Part shown: one piece after another, positions 11,040 to 26,000 of the stretch
How positions within the stretch are numbered: position 1 is the stretch's first letter
How the letters are laid out: each line of letters begins with the position of its first letter
Assembly (NCBI RefSeq): GCF_964355755.1
Contig: NC_092677.1
Location: forward strand, 5,912,101 to 5,976,100
Source: Antedon mediterranea
Taxonomy: Eukaryota > Animalia > Echinodermata
Reading direction: 5' to 3'
DNA: 64,000 nucleotides
Position numbers and translations under genes: made by a program
The notes under the pieces: model-generated
Databases searched by the model: none
Told to the model about the DNA's origin: nothing
The model's input: only the letters and a program-made list of their open reading frames with translations

Positions 11040-14000
11040 CTAGACAAAATTGTAATACATTTTTTATTAACAAAACTATTCTATAACTAATGCTGTCTTA
11101 AATTAACTAACATATCAGTTATGTTGTTTTAATAGCCGGACTTTAAAATAATTGAATGACCTCCCTATAAATATAAAACTTTCTATAACTTAATTTTTGA
11201 AACGTTACTTATTAGCCATCAAAACAATAACATTAATTTTGTTAATAATTTTATTTTTAATATTTGTTTTTATTGTTTAGCATTTATTTTTATGTTGTAC
11301 AAAACAACGTCAATCCTCTATATTTATTCATACTGTATTACAAGATATCTGGCTTGTACAATAATACTGGACTACGAATTCAAATCGTACTCTCTTATGC
11401 CCGTTTATGCATTACGTAATTCATTAATTACTCATGCATAACGGAGTATAACTAGCGCCATCACGGCCTTATGATAAATCTTCTAGAGTGAAAGCCCAAG
11501 TTATTGTTATCAACTGAACTGAATAATGTTCTTTGAGATTTCAAAACGGTTTAGGAATTCCATTTTTATGAAAAACTCAATAAACAAAGAGATTATAGTA
11601 TAAAACCAACAAGTGGATCTATTTGGAAAGTCTTAGCACACATTCAAATAAAAAAATAATACAGTCCAGGCCAACTTTAAATCGAAACAAGGTGGTATTT
11701 TTACAAATATCATTATTGTAGTTGCCGTATACTTTTTCTAATTCTAATCTTGACCTGGTAATAATGTAATATTACTATAAACGATCTTTATGGTATTAAG
11801 CCTACAAATACTCATATATGCCGCAGAATATGAAATGATTTATGAATGGGCCCAGTGGATTAATGGAATTTATAAAAATGTGTTGAAAATGGGAGGGAAG
11901 TTACCTAAATCAAACAAAATGAAAATAAATAAACAATGACATAACTTTATTCTATGTATAGCTGGGTATACAATTTTCTTAATAACTTTTTATGCATATA
12001 TTTTTTATTCCCAACATCATGCATTGTCTTTTTTTAATTCGTTTTTATGAATTTTAACTTTTTGTACTGTACGGTATATAATGTCGTAAATGTTAAGCTG
12101 GTACTTCTAGCTTGCTGTTCAGAAGCCCCAGACGTTTTTAGTCACAAATGAAATATATATTTATATAATGGGGAATATTCGGTGCGTATGAATTGGTTAT
12201 GCTTACGGCTAGGATAGATAGAATCACATTAATTTTCATTAACAGGCGGCGTACGACTACGCACGGTAGTATAATTCGATAAGAAAATAATTAGATAGAT
12301 CCAAATACACAAGAGACAGCTTCATATATTAAACGTGTTGATTTTTTGCAACTCTTCCATTACAATATCAAGCAGACAATAATTAAAATCGACAGCGAAT
12401 GCGTTCGGCAGACTTCAATATTCCCGAACAATATTCCCGTCATAAAATGAGTTGAGCGAGATGATATAGTATCGCAGATATATTATTTATTTATCATTAT
12501 TGAAATTTTCGAATAATCGCTATCATATTAAGCTCCTAATTGAAATAAGCAGACGATACATTGTTAAAGACCATTGATCGCCAATATTAATCCAAATAGC
12601 ATTTCGCTAGGTTTTGAGACTATTGTATTCCTTAAGGCCATATCTATTAACTCTCTTGTGACTACTAATGTGTCATGATGAATTTAAAAAGTTACCTGGG
12701 TTTGTTGGAGCATGCAGCGTTGATGCCTTTCTCTGATTTTTTCTGAAACTCGTTAAAATGCTTTTTGCAGTTCCAGCACCTAAACAAAGATAATGTATAA
12801 AATAAAATGAAATCGTTTATGAATGAGAATAAATTGTATTTTCTAACGGACGGTGACTTTGTTTTAAAGAAATTTGAAAAAAAAACTAGGAAAATGGAGA
12901 AAGTAGTGGAAGTTCGTGCCAGCGTCCAGACCGAAGAATTGCGGTTAGCACCATGAAGTGTTCAGTCTCAGCTTTCTAAAGATTACTATCCTTAGTAAAA
13001 GTAAAACAGGCATGCGTGATCAAAAACCAACGGGTCTTTAGCAGTTAAAAAAAAATAAACATAATCAAATGTTAATATGCTTAGTTGTTTACCTTTTTAA
13101 ACGTATTTTACTATGATATTGTATACACTCAATTTCTAATGTATTTTTATAGCCTTTTTATTTTATAATCTTTTATGATTTCAATGTTTCAATATTTTAA
13201 CTCAAGCTTTCTGCTTTTTATTGTTTTTAAATTGTGTAACTCCATTGTATGTGTATTTTTCCTTGTTGTCTTTTGCTACCCCTGTTTGGCATGGTGCTAT
13301 CACAAGGACATGTCCAAGTCTGTTGAAAAAGTACAAAAGAGAGCATTGCGTATCATGCTAGGTAACAACTATTTATGCTATGATCATGAATTGTCTGTGA
13401 CTGGTTTACCTACTCTTGTTGAGAGAAGAAACAAACTTGTGTTGTCTTTCGGGGAAGTAAAATAAAAATTATGTTGACAATGCTTTTGACCAAATAATTG
13501 AATGAAAAAATAATGAATGAAAAGTATTTAGCCCTGCACTCACTAAGACAACCATTTATATTGAAACGACGAATGAATGTATCTTTTTATTTTAGTCTTA
13601 GAGTTTCAATTAACATCAGATCATTGGTCGCTGTTTGGTTAGTATGTCTGTTCGTTCTTGTTATGTCAAACTCTTTGAATTACCTTGTTTGCGAAACTCA
13701 TTAATAACGCTCTGTCTTTCTTAATGTAACTCAAGACTTCAAATTATATTATAAAATGATGTCATTTATATTAGCGTTGACATAACAATGTCGAAATAGT
13801 GAAGGAGTAAGATGTATTATGCAAGAAATGGAAAATATCACAATTATGCCTTTATAGGATAAGAACAGAGTGTATATTTAAGATTACAATTTTAAGTTAC
13901 CCATAGGTTGGATAAGCATTATTGTACTGATTGTGATGTTGACCTACTCTATCGCATAAACTAACTTGAACTTTTTCATATATATATATATATATATATA

Positions 14001-17000
14001 ATATGTATGACTTTATCCAAATTCCCTCACTTGCACTGATGAATGGCTAGTATTGCCCGAAAGCTCTGCTAACTTTTCTGGTTGTTTACTTTATCGTTTT
14101 GATTTAGCATTTCGCTTTTTTTTGTATCTCCATTGAGATCCAGCGACTGATACCCACAGCATTTTCATTTTTTTCAGTAATATGCCTTTGGATTTATATA
14201 TACATATAAATATATAAACAAATTAGGCAATGAACATTAATTCTAAACCGCCCGGTGATATACTGAAATTTAATTAATTAATTTGAAACGATAAAGATGA
14301 GGAAATCTGTCAGAATGAGAAAAAGTCGCCCCAACCAAGACTTGAACTCGGACCGCCTGCTTGATATGCAGATGTCCTAACCATTAGACCACTGGGGCTT
14401 TCATGGTATTGTTCAAACTCGATTGGATAGCGACTCTTTAACATTCTCGGCGTGGTACGGCGGAACAGCACTAGTCCTCAGTTGTACGCACGCGCACCAG
14501 AGATCAAATTGATACGCCCTCATCTTTCAGTATTTTTATTCACGAGGCGGGATCTCCGAAGAAATACTTTTATAAATATAAACAAATTAGGCAATGAACA
14601 TTAATTCTAAACCGCCCGGTGATATACTGAAATTTAATTAATTAATTTGAAACGATAAAGATGAGGAAATCTGTGAGAATGAGAAAAAGTCGCCCCAACC
14701 GAGACTTGAACTCGGACCGCCTGCTTGATATGCAGATGTCCTAACCATTAGACCACTGGGGCTTTCATGGTATTGTTCAAATATATATATATAAATATAT
14801 ATATATAAATTCATTAGTGTACCAAGGGAAAGGTTTTACTGTTCAAATCATTTCATCGATCCGACTGCTGTCTTTATTTTGTACATCTTCAGTTGTACCA
14901 GAATGAAAACATCAAGTTTATTAAGATTATTTAATCTAAGACAAATTGGTTTACTGTATGTAGGCCTACAGTTAGATTACTAAAATTATGTATGAAATTC
15001 AAATTTTCTGGAATTTAACTTATTCCGTCCAATGTTTAATATACATCCCTAATATTCATCCCTAATATTTTACTGAACATAACTATGACACGCCCAAAGG
15101 ACAGTCTTCAATCATTTGAAATTAACAAAGTGACATTCTAATTTAGGATAGTATGACATGCCAATAGTTTAATAGTTCAATTTTGATAATCTCAATTTAG
15201 CTTAAAGACAGAATGAGCATGAGTAAGAACATCGTTTGTACGTGTGAGACGAAATATTTTGCCTCTAGCGGTCCAAAACCTCATACTTCGTACACAGATG
15301 ATTTAGATAAATTAAATTTCTAAAATTACAGTGTATGTTTTAGCTTCAGTAATAGGAATCGGGGTTAATTAATTTTCTTCCAATATACCAACCTAGTTAT
15401 TCTTTTATTGGTTATTTTCCAAGAGCGTGTAATAACTGTGCGAGGTGTACAGTACCTAATTAATTATAAGGGTGAGTGCACAGTATATATAGTTTGTGAC
15501 ACGCAAACACCATTTTCTATTGAACAAGGGCATATAAATGGCTGCAGTCGCGTGCTCAAGTTAGTCTTTACCGACCAACCGACCGACCGACCAACCAACC
15601 GACCGACACAGTTAACTGTAAAATGGCTTTGCATGCGACTAAAAATAATCCGCAAAGTGTACAAAAATTCGAGAATTGTATTCCTCGAACCTACACGTCA
15701 CGCTAGTATCCAATATATATGCCTTTGACTGATCTGCTTTGAGCAGAATCAGCAGATATATCTCCTCAAATTCCTCTGCGACCAGTCTAATAGGCCTACC
15801 ATTCTTGGTACACCAGATCCTGTATGATAGACCTAATGTTATAATACAAGATTGTGTAAAGTTAGCTTTGAACGTAGAATTAAAAATAATTATAATTATA
15901 TAAAGTCACTGGTATTATTTTTATGGTATTATTTTTATGGTATTTAATCCCCCGATTTATACAACGTGCTTACAAACTAACATTATCACAAATGGCGTCA
16001 TAAAGACAAGTCATATTATATTATTTTGCTGAAGACTCCCAGTGTTCAAAGCAGCACTAATATACATACACATTCTACGTCGGAGGTCTAAGACGAATTA
16101 ATTATAAATAAATCTAAATACAGGATTTAAATTATTCTGAATTCCCAAGATTTGACATCGAAAGCGTCAGAGAAAGATAGAATCCTTAATTGTATTTTAC
16201 AAGCATAATAAATTTTGAATAAATATACGATTTATGATCGCGTAGTGTTTCATATGCATTACGGAAAACATAAGCCAATTTAAACGGATAATTCATTTTA
16301 TTATTTGTATTTGTTTTTATAATTAATAATATGACGATTGTATCATTATGTGTTTTGAACTCTTTGTACAGTTTGTAGTTTAAGCGTGGCTCCCACTAGA
16401 ACGCAACGCAGCGATGTATCGACGCAAAGTGTTTTATTGCGTAATTACAAGTGGAAACCGACGCTGCAATAGTGCTGCAAACATCGCAGGTTTGATTTCA
16501 CGCAGGCGGGGGCGAATACAATTATTAGAAGGGCATTTGCGTAGATATTGCGTTACGTTGCCTCGCTAGTGGGAACCACGCTTTAGAAGTGAATAATGAG
16601 TATGTTTTAATGTTTGGTTGTAAAACCTATTATAAACAATATTGTAATTAGTATTGAGGATTCTCCTAATAACACGAATGGAAAATAAATTAGTATTATG
16701 ATGTAAATGCACATTAATTTTTTGTTGACATATGTGGCGCCCTCTACTATTAGTATATTCTCTTATTAGATCTTAAGTGTTTTTTGAGGTCATTCAAAGG
16801 TTGCACATTATCTATATCAAAATAATGTAATATTTACTATAAACTCGTTACTTCATAGTTCATTTTTCTTCGATTATTTCTCATTCATTAAATCGAGTGC
16901 GAACACCGCATATTTGAATCAACACATAATATAGAAGGCTAGAACAAGTGAAAGGGGCCGATTGAAATTTCGCCGTAGAGCAATACACTTTTTTACCGGC

Positions 17001-20000
17001 CTAATCGCAAACCTGGCCGTTGAATGTAACTAACTAATCAATACCGCGTGAGGAAAAATCAAGGTGTAGAACAGCTCCCACAACAACAGCCGACCATAAC
17101 GTTACGAATAAAACTCCTTCACCGTTTACTTTTAATTAATTAATTAATTTATCCAGGTTAAATTAAGTTTAGTTAATTGCATTGTCAGTTGGGACAAATA
17201 AAGTAAATATAATGTTTTGATTTTGTCAATAAAATATCACAATAATAATAAAAAGTATAGCTACTTTACCTGATGCTGTTGTTTTTGTAAAAGTGGTATC
17301 TTGTTGTGACGTAATAATTGACGAGACTTCTATTGGTTTGGCTACAAATACAAAAAAATACAAAATATATATTATAAAATACACAATCCCTTTCAATTAT
17401 GAAACAACATTAGTTTTATTTTTTATTTACTGTAACGGTAGTGTAGACTTCCGCAAACTTGTTTTCTGTAGTTTGCCAAAGATTTTGTCAGCTTGTCCAT
17501 ACGAGCAAACCTTGGAAAACTTGTCACTTGTCGAACTTAGAGTTTTCAAACTAAAGCTCTGACTACACTATCAAATTTGATGTGCTCATTATGGATATGA
17601 TGATGTAATCACTACCATGTCTGGGCAAATCGCACTTTTTTGTTTGATAGTGTAGACAGAGCTTAAAGTTTGCCGGTGTTAGAAATAGGATTTAAAGTAA
17701 GATAGACATAAAGTCACGAACGTTTGTTTTGGTTAATACTAAGATATGGTAATTGATACGTGATGATTAATTGATACTCAAGTTTAAATTCATCAATCAT
17801 TTACATAAACGGAACATCTAACCATTAGTGTGCTTATTACAAATTATTTTACAACGATTTTTCATTTACATTACCGTAATGTTCGTACCAAATTTGTATG
17901 AAAACAAAAGACAATGATGGATTTAGCGAACAATGTAGGAGGTAAAAAGTAGGAGGAATGTGATGAATGGGTGACAACGGGAATAAACATACAATAAAGC
18001 AGTGTTTCTTAAAAGCTTAATACATAAAGCGAAAGCTGAGCCAGGAAGACAGTGACAAACCAACTAAGGTAATGACGGATGGCTATACTCGGGATTATTA
18101 TGCAACACATTAGGGTGTTTTGTTACAACGTTGATACTAACGTGTTGTTGTTGTTGTTGTTGGAGTAATAAACACGGCTGGAAATATAATAATTGCACAG
18201 ATTAGTACTTTTTAATTATTGTACTACAAACACTTCAGTTAAAAAGAAACAATGAGTTCGGATACACACACACTTACACATTTGTGTTTGTAAAATCTTC
18301 CATATTTTAAATTTGAGTAGAATATTTATCAATCTATATTATTATGTTGCCAATTCTTGGTACTCACAAACATTATGTGAGGCAGTGTAACATACTTTTA
18401 AAAACAGGTACCACATACCCGGGGATACAGCACAGAAAATCGGGTGTATTAAGGCACAAAATTATTTGTTACGGAGGCGTTACATATCTCTTTGTGCAGT
18501 ATGATTTAACTGTACAATAGCCAAAGGTAAAATATATACTTAACATCAAACACAATTGCTATTATTGTTCAGGTTATCATGTTGCATGAAGTAGGCTGAA
18601 CGATTATGGTTGTTCGGTATGTGACATTCATCATACTTTAATTTGATAACTCTTTTCAATTCTATTAAACAATAAAAGTTTGAATGCATGTTTTCTAGTC
18701 ATTTTCATAGTATCAAAGTCAGTGATACACTACTAAGCTTAGCTCTTATAAGGCAAATGTCTCCTGCATTGATATGCGATTTTATTTGCCAGAGCCGGAT
18801 CGGAGTAGGTGTGAAAGATGCTACTTAAACCGGGTGATAACTATGGCGAGATCTGAAGTTATAGTCTTAAAAACCCCTCCAATTATTGACTGGTAGGCCT
18901 ATATTTACCGCGACAAGCATCGTCATTCGTTTATTAATACATACATCCAATCCATCTATACTGGTCTATTTGTTTGAATTCTTAATTCTATATTGAATTG
19001 AATTATAACTTAAATTATGTAAATACCTGACGTTTTGAACTGAAAAAACGCAGCTTCTCCTCTTTCTGGAGGCTTTGCCGAATTCGTTGCTTCCATAATC
19101 ACAAAATATGTTGAATTTTTTCGTAGATTTTCTAATGTTGTATTAAATACAACATTTTCCTGAGAATCCTCTTTTCTTGGAGTATAATTATTATGTTTCC
19201 ATTCAGTTTCCGATTCATTGAAATTCTTTCCCTGGAAAAACAATCATTACGGTCATGGTTGAAAACAGTCATCTTTATTTTACAAAAATGAAACAAGCTA
19301 ATGAAATGAGCAAACACATCATTCTAATTATGTCGAATTATTATTCATTTGGTTTCATTAAATCAGTTGCTTAATGAAGAGAAACCTTGCAGTTAGGTAA
19401 TATGCATTAAGCAAATCAAATATTTCTTGGATTTCATTAATAAGATTATCAAATTATACATGAAAACATGAAAACACTGTACCAACAAAAACTTCAGATA
19501 TACGATTGTGATATAAGGAGCCAGCGTAAGGACACCCCACACCAGTCACTTGGAAATGGCAGTTAGCTAATTCCTTAGTAATTTATTGACAACAGATCTA
19601 TCTGGCTTGTTACATAACGAATACAAATCTTTGCCTGTTTATGCATTACGTCATTCTATAAATTAATCATGCATAACGGATTGTAACTATCGCCATCATA
19701 ATTGTATACATTCCATAAATACTGTTTGATAAGCTATAAAAGATACGTTAGTTAAAATAGGAATAACAATACACTGTGATATTTCAAAATAATTGCAAAC
19801 ACGAAACAATCTTTTGACTAACATTTAAGACAGATTTCACTAATCAGAAAAAAAAGTGATTTATATCACCGCTGCCTCTGGCAATATTGTTAATTTTGGC
19901 AATGCTACTTTATACTACATCTACTTGTACTCTGTATCAAAATAAAAATGTAATGTTTTCACTTTAAAAAGTTTAAAATCTGAATTGGTACTCTCTTACA

Positions 20001-23000
20001 GTACATCTGATGAAGAATAACGTTTTATAAATAACATTTTATAAATTATTGCGTAAAATTTCAAAATGTTGACGAGTAAAGAACCAATTTAATAAGAAAG
20101 TTAGTGTACCACCACCGAATTAAATAAATTATTTTGTAAAAAAAATTACAGCTGCTTGCTTGTTATTTTCCTGTATACCAACAATGAAAAGTAGGCCTAA
20201 AGTAAAATGTAATTTAAATACAAATATGTTGATAAAATATAATGTATACTTACTATAGAATCTGCCTCTAATTTATATTGTATTTTAAACTGTTTGACAG
20301 GTGGTAGCCGGAACGTTGAATTAACTTGCCATTTTAAGATATATTCGTGCATCATTGTACCAATAGGACTACTTACAATGATTGGTGCCACTGGCCTTGC
20401 TAAAAAAATACAAAACACAAACAAATAATATTCATTATACACTGACTACAAGAATACTGTAGTGCAAGGTACAATTATCAAATCAAATTAACGTTAATAT
20501 TTCTTTTCTCAATAAATGTAATGTACAGAAAATCAAGAGAAGCAAAATCCCATAAATCAAAAACTTGATACGGACTTCCCAACAACACAACGTACGCGTA
20601 ATTTAATACCTAAATCGAAATATATAGATAATCAGATATTATTATTATGATTAACCAAAGTGCAATAAGCAGCTAACTGAAATAGTGCATTAGAAAAACA
20701 CAGTCCACAAAAAAAGTGCAACCGAAAACAAAAAAACTAGTTCACCAAGAAGCCAACCAGAGAACACAGTACGCAAGTCCCGCGTGAACATAAAACATCA
20801 TCTCATCACGCATGCGCACAAAGAATTGAAATGACCTAACTTGTTCCTATAGGTCATCAATCGTCGCAAATCGAAAGCTCCTTCAGATAAACTGCAATAA
20901 TTAAATCCAAACCAACACAAGCCAATAAGTCGGTTTCTTTCCTAAGCAATTACAGCCAAAAAGAAGCAGGTTTTTAGGATTGTATCTGAGTTCACTGAAA
21001 ATATGTACACATAACCAACGGCCTTACATCCAAATACATTAACGGAAGCTCGTCTAAATCATCTTAAACGAAAACAACAAGCAAAAGAGACGTTATAGTA
21101 CTTTTTTGTGCGTATTTAATTCAAATTAATTCTGAATTTCACTTTTCACATTCCAAGTCGCTATAAATTAAGAGGCTGGGATTAATACAAATGAGGTTTG
21201 CAGACACTTCAACTTTTAAACTAATTTAGAAAAACGACCAGAATGCAATAAAAAATTGCTTAATGTGATCAGACATAGCTAAATCAACATGTGTATAATC
21301 TGTTATTACAACATAGTTGAGCAGATTTCAATTAAAATATTGCTTTAGGGAAGTTTAAAATTTCGGTAACATCTTTGTGTATTGTTGTGGTACATTTAAC
21401 ACGTCTTTACGTAACACTTTGAACTTTAACCTTTGGCAAGCATTTCATTCTTTAGATAATACTACATTTTGATAATGCAAACTGAGTTAAGCAAATTTAA
21501 ATATTTCACATCGCGTATGCTTAATTTTAGAACATCGTTGTTTTTAGTCGCGTTGACGTGCAAACGCAACTCTATAGCTAACTGTGTCGTTTGGTCGGTC
21601 GGTCTGTAAACACTAACTAAAATTTGCGCACGCGACTGCAGCATGTTAATGGCCTTGTTTGTTGTGGTATGCTTAAGATTTTACATAAGATTTAAAATGT
21701 TGACTTAAGATTTGAATGGCACTTGGCACCAAGTGTTTTGCCTTCTTAGGAATTCCAGAACTAGAATGTGTTGATAATAATCGATTTCCTTTAATTGTTG
21801 AAACATGAAATTATTTATACCCATTTCGCATGGTAAACATTTTGTTGAAATATTTTACTGTAAACCTCTAATAGTGGGTTATTTGATTCGGGAGTTATAT
21901 CGTAGAGTTTAATTGCAGCAAACAAGTTAGATAATGAGTAATTTTATCTGAACTATTTCATGTCGGTGCAATTCAATTAAATGTGTACGTGGCTCATGTC
22001 ATTAACATTACTTAGAAACATCTGAAGGTTTCTCTGTCGTTATCTATATACACATTTGGAATAATGTTTCCAGCTAATCAGTGAAATAACTTATGTTATT
22101 AGGATCTATAATGATGATGCGGAAAGTGGTCTTGGATCTATGGTTAGTTTAGTTTTCCTTTTAGGCAGTAGAGAAACTACTTTGAGCATTTAAGTTTAAA
22201 TAATCTTCAATAAATTATATTATTGACGCCTCTCTGACATTATTGGCGGCATCATCGTGGTCATCATCATCATCATCTCCATTTAATCTTCATCGTCACC
22301 ATCTCCACATTATCTGCATCGCCATCATCTCCACATTATCTCAATCGCCATCATCTCCATATTATCTTCGTTATCTCCACATTATCTTCATCGTCATTAT
22401 CTCCAGATTATATTAATCTTCATCGTTATCATCTCAACATTTATCTTTATCGTCATCATCTCCACATTCATCTTCATCGTCATTATCTCTCCACATTATT
22501 AATCGTCATAGCTCCACATTATCTTCATCGTGATCACCTCCAGATTAACTTCATCTACATCTCCACATTATCTTCATCGTCATCATCTCCACAATATCTT
22601 CATCATCTCCACAATATCTTCATCGTTATTATCTCCACATTATATTAATCGTCATTATCTCCAGATTATCTTCATGGTTATCATCTCCACATTATCTTCA
22701 TCGTTATCATCGCCACATTTATCTTCATCGTCATTATCTCCACATTATCTTCATCGTCACCATCTCCACATTTATCTTCATTGTCATCATCTACCACATT
22801 TTTCATTGCGCTATCACCAAATTATCTTCATCCTCATCCTCATCATTATCTCCACATTATCTTCATCGTGGCTGTTGTGAAGAGTTTCGAACCTTAACGT
22901 GTGAGCGTCTAAAAACTTCCCCGACTACCGTAGGCACTACCATTATACCTAAGCCTGGTTCTCAATAAGATGCAAAACAAGAATGTAGGCTTAAGCAGAA

Positions 23001-26000
23001 GCGAATAATACATCGCCTTTGGTTGGTCAATCATCAATCAAAGAACCATCAACACTGTAATCTAAATTACGTAAAACAAACCAAATCATATGAATCATTC
23101 GTTTTTTAACCAACGATATATAGTTATTGATTCATTATAGCGATAATATGCAATTATACTTTATTCTTCGATTACTGAATACTTAATCGTTCACACTCTC
23201 CTCATTACTCTCATCTTGTGCATCCAATATGTATTAAGTTTAAAAATTAGATATATATTTGAATAATATTTACAACTTAATAGCAATACAATATGACAAA
23301 TCCAATTTATATATTCTACTTAAGAAATACAAAAGTGTCAATTAAATTTATTTTATGAAATACATATATATTTTCATAAGATAATTATACTTTCTATTCT
23401 GAAAATGGTTGGCAAAACAGGCATATTTATATCGCTTTAACTTGTTGTCCGTTTCTTCCTCACTGATATTTCGTTACCCAGCTCGTGCAACATGTGACGT
23501 AGTCAGCAAAATATACAACATATTCCCTCGTGTTTAGGATTTATTTTAGATATTGAAAAAATGCTGATCTTGAATTGGAAGCAATGATATCATATAGTTA
23601 ATAATGAATGAGTTAAATCGGAGAATATTATTTACTTAAACGATTGATAGCATTACTAAAAAAAGCAGCGAGATTCAATAGTGAAACTACAAGTTATCGA
23701 ACGCGCAACACTCGGCAGCCTGGCGTTGCACAACATCGCAAACCTGCCGTGTAATAGAACCAATAATTATACATTTTACCGTGAATAATTATAACTACAG
23801 TAAAACCGGACGGCGCATGATACGAAGTTATCAATTCACTGATAGCAATGATACGACCACATCTATTTAAGAAAATAATCACATTATATAGAAGTCTAGG
23901 ACTCTAGTCATTCATAAATTATTATCATCTGAATAATAAATCAAATCCATCAGAAATATGATATATTTCAGTGTAAAATCCACAGTAACGGCAAAAATAT
24001 ACAAATTGTGCCAAATCAAATTACGCTGTCGATTATTATGTTCAACAAAACCCTTCTGATTTAAAACGGTCTCTTGCATCAATGTTCAAGAAAGAATTGC
24101 CCAGACGTTATTGACAGAGTCTATCAATTACCCCTGCAAAATTAACGCACGAAATCGTTACTTTGAAGCAAAATTAATTATATCAAATTAGTATTCTGTC
24201 GTTAACTTCCAAGAATGTCAAATTAAAACATTAATTCTTATCTATTCTCTATTTAATGTTCACGTGGTAACTGTATGGCTACTGTATAAGTGTAAGAATC
24301 GGTTAGGGCCGACGTATAGAACGTATGGCCGAACAGTACTGCCGTTCGGCGTGAGCCGACGTACGGCCGAACAGAAAATGCCGTTTTGCGGCGCGAGCCG
24401 ACGTACGGTCAAACGCCGCTGGTAAAACAGCATATGTTATCCGGAACGGGCCTGACGTGCGACAGAACAGCGCATGTCATCCGGAACGGGCCTGACGTGC
24501 GACAGAAGAGCACATGTCATCCGAAACGGGCTTGACATACGACAGAACATGTACAGCACATTTTATCGATGCAGCTAACGTTCAGTAGAACAGCCACATG
24601 GATCTCTTGAACTCCCAATGTTATAAACTGATCTTAGCGACAGCACAGTCATCCGACGCGGGCTGACGAATGGCGAAACAACAACTGCCATCAACAGCAA
24701 ATAATTCTGTTTTTTTTTAATAGTACTTCTCGGTTCGTATATACGTATTTATGGACATAAGATAAGACCAGAAGTTATATGTGAAATCCTAATGACAAGT
24801 CAATTTGCTTAAAGCTCAAATTAAAGTAACATTGTTGTTTAGGGCGACATCTATGTAATGTCACAACACGTGATCTCACTCTAAAAGGACCATCCATTTT
24901 AGTACAGATAATTGGTTTGAAAGGCCTTTGATATGATAGTGTTCATTTCAATTCTATCGATCGTTAAAAAGAAATGTTGTCTTCTCTGAAAGAAAAAGAA
25001 TTCATCACAGATAGTATATCTGTGGAACATTTCGTTTTTGGTCGACAATCTTAGTGTTCTAATGTATTGTTTTGTGTCAAAATATCATCTACTGTACTCT
25101 AAATGTCTCAACGTCTTTCAAATGAAACGTTAGGTAGTACAGTATACTTTTTGTGTACATTTTATTATTAGTTTAGTTTAGTACGGTGTGTCGCATACAA
25201 TTATTGTTTTTAGTCGCGTGGACGCGACTCTATAGTTCACTATGTCGGTCGGTCGGTCGGTCTGTCGGTCTGTCTGTCGGTCCGGTATCACTATGCGTTT
25301 TAGCACGCGACTTCTGGCTGTTGGTCTTGTTCAAGTTAAATTAACCTCGTATGTACGTCCCGTGTGTATGGTTATTTTAGTTGAGATTACACACTCATCG
25401 GTGCTGGATTTATTGTTATGAATATATTAATTAGGAATTGTATCAACTCTAACGGAACTTAACTCATGCCGTCAAAGAAGTATTTTCCAGAACTGCACCA
25501 GTGGTTCAATGTAAATCAGTAGGCCGTAGTAGTGTGGTCAAACACTTTCTTTGCTGCATCGTACCCTATGATGATCGTTTTTACATTATAGAGTTAAGGA
25601 TTGCTTCCCAGTAAAGTGTAAATATTCATTGAGATCAATGTTTTGAATTATGTAATGCGCTATGCCGATTTAAATAGACAGATATAAAGATAGATAGGTT
25701 ACATTACAGTATTCTAATTTTCAATAATTGTGATAAATTGCCTTAACATCGTAAAGAGAAACGATACATTTAAATATTTTGGTATTTCTTTTTAAAGCAT
25801 CAAAAATTAGAACAACCGATTGTTCATTCTGTATGTGTGACATGTATATAACAAAAGCGTTTTCTCTCATCTTTACCGTCAAGGAAGACGGCATAATAAT
25901 ATTAATAATACTATGAAGAACTGTTTGGGATTATACGAGCAATTATATCTTAATCGTTGTTTTTATACTACCTTCCTTAGAGCGTATCAAAGTGTGGAAA

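Larger units (their letters stand above)
14212..14781. repeat. A-B-A direct repeat (206-bp copies 14212-14417 and 14576-14781, period 364) bounded by (TA)n
   Basis: The two copies differ at 2 visible positions; TA microsatellites lie at both ends. Confidence 0.9.

Noticed and set aside
22530-22880. His/Ser-rich ORF
   Set aside because: Low-complexity CAT-rich minisatellite.
24663-24690. CTGACGA..GAAA hammerhead-like core
   Set aside because: No convincing stems I-III; part of the minisatellite.
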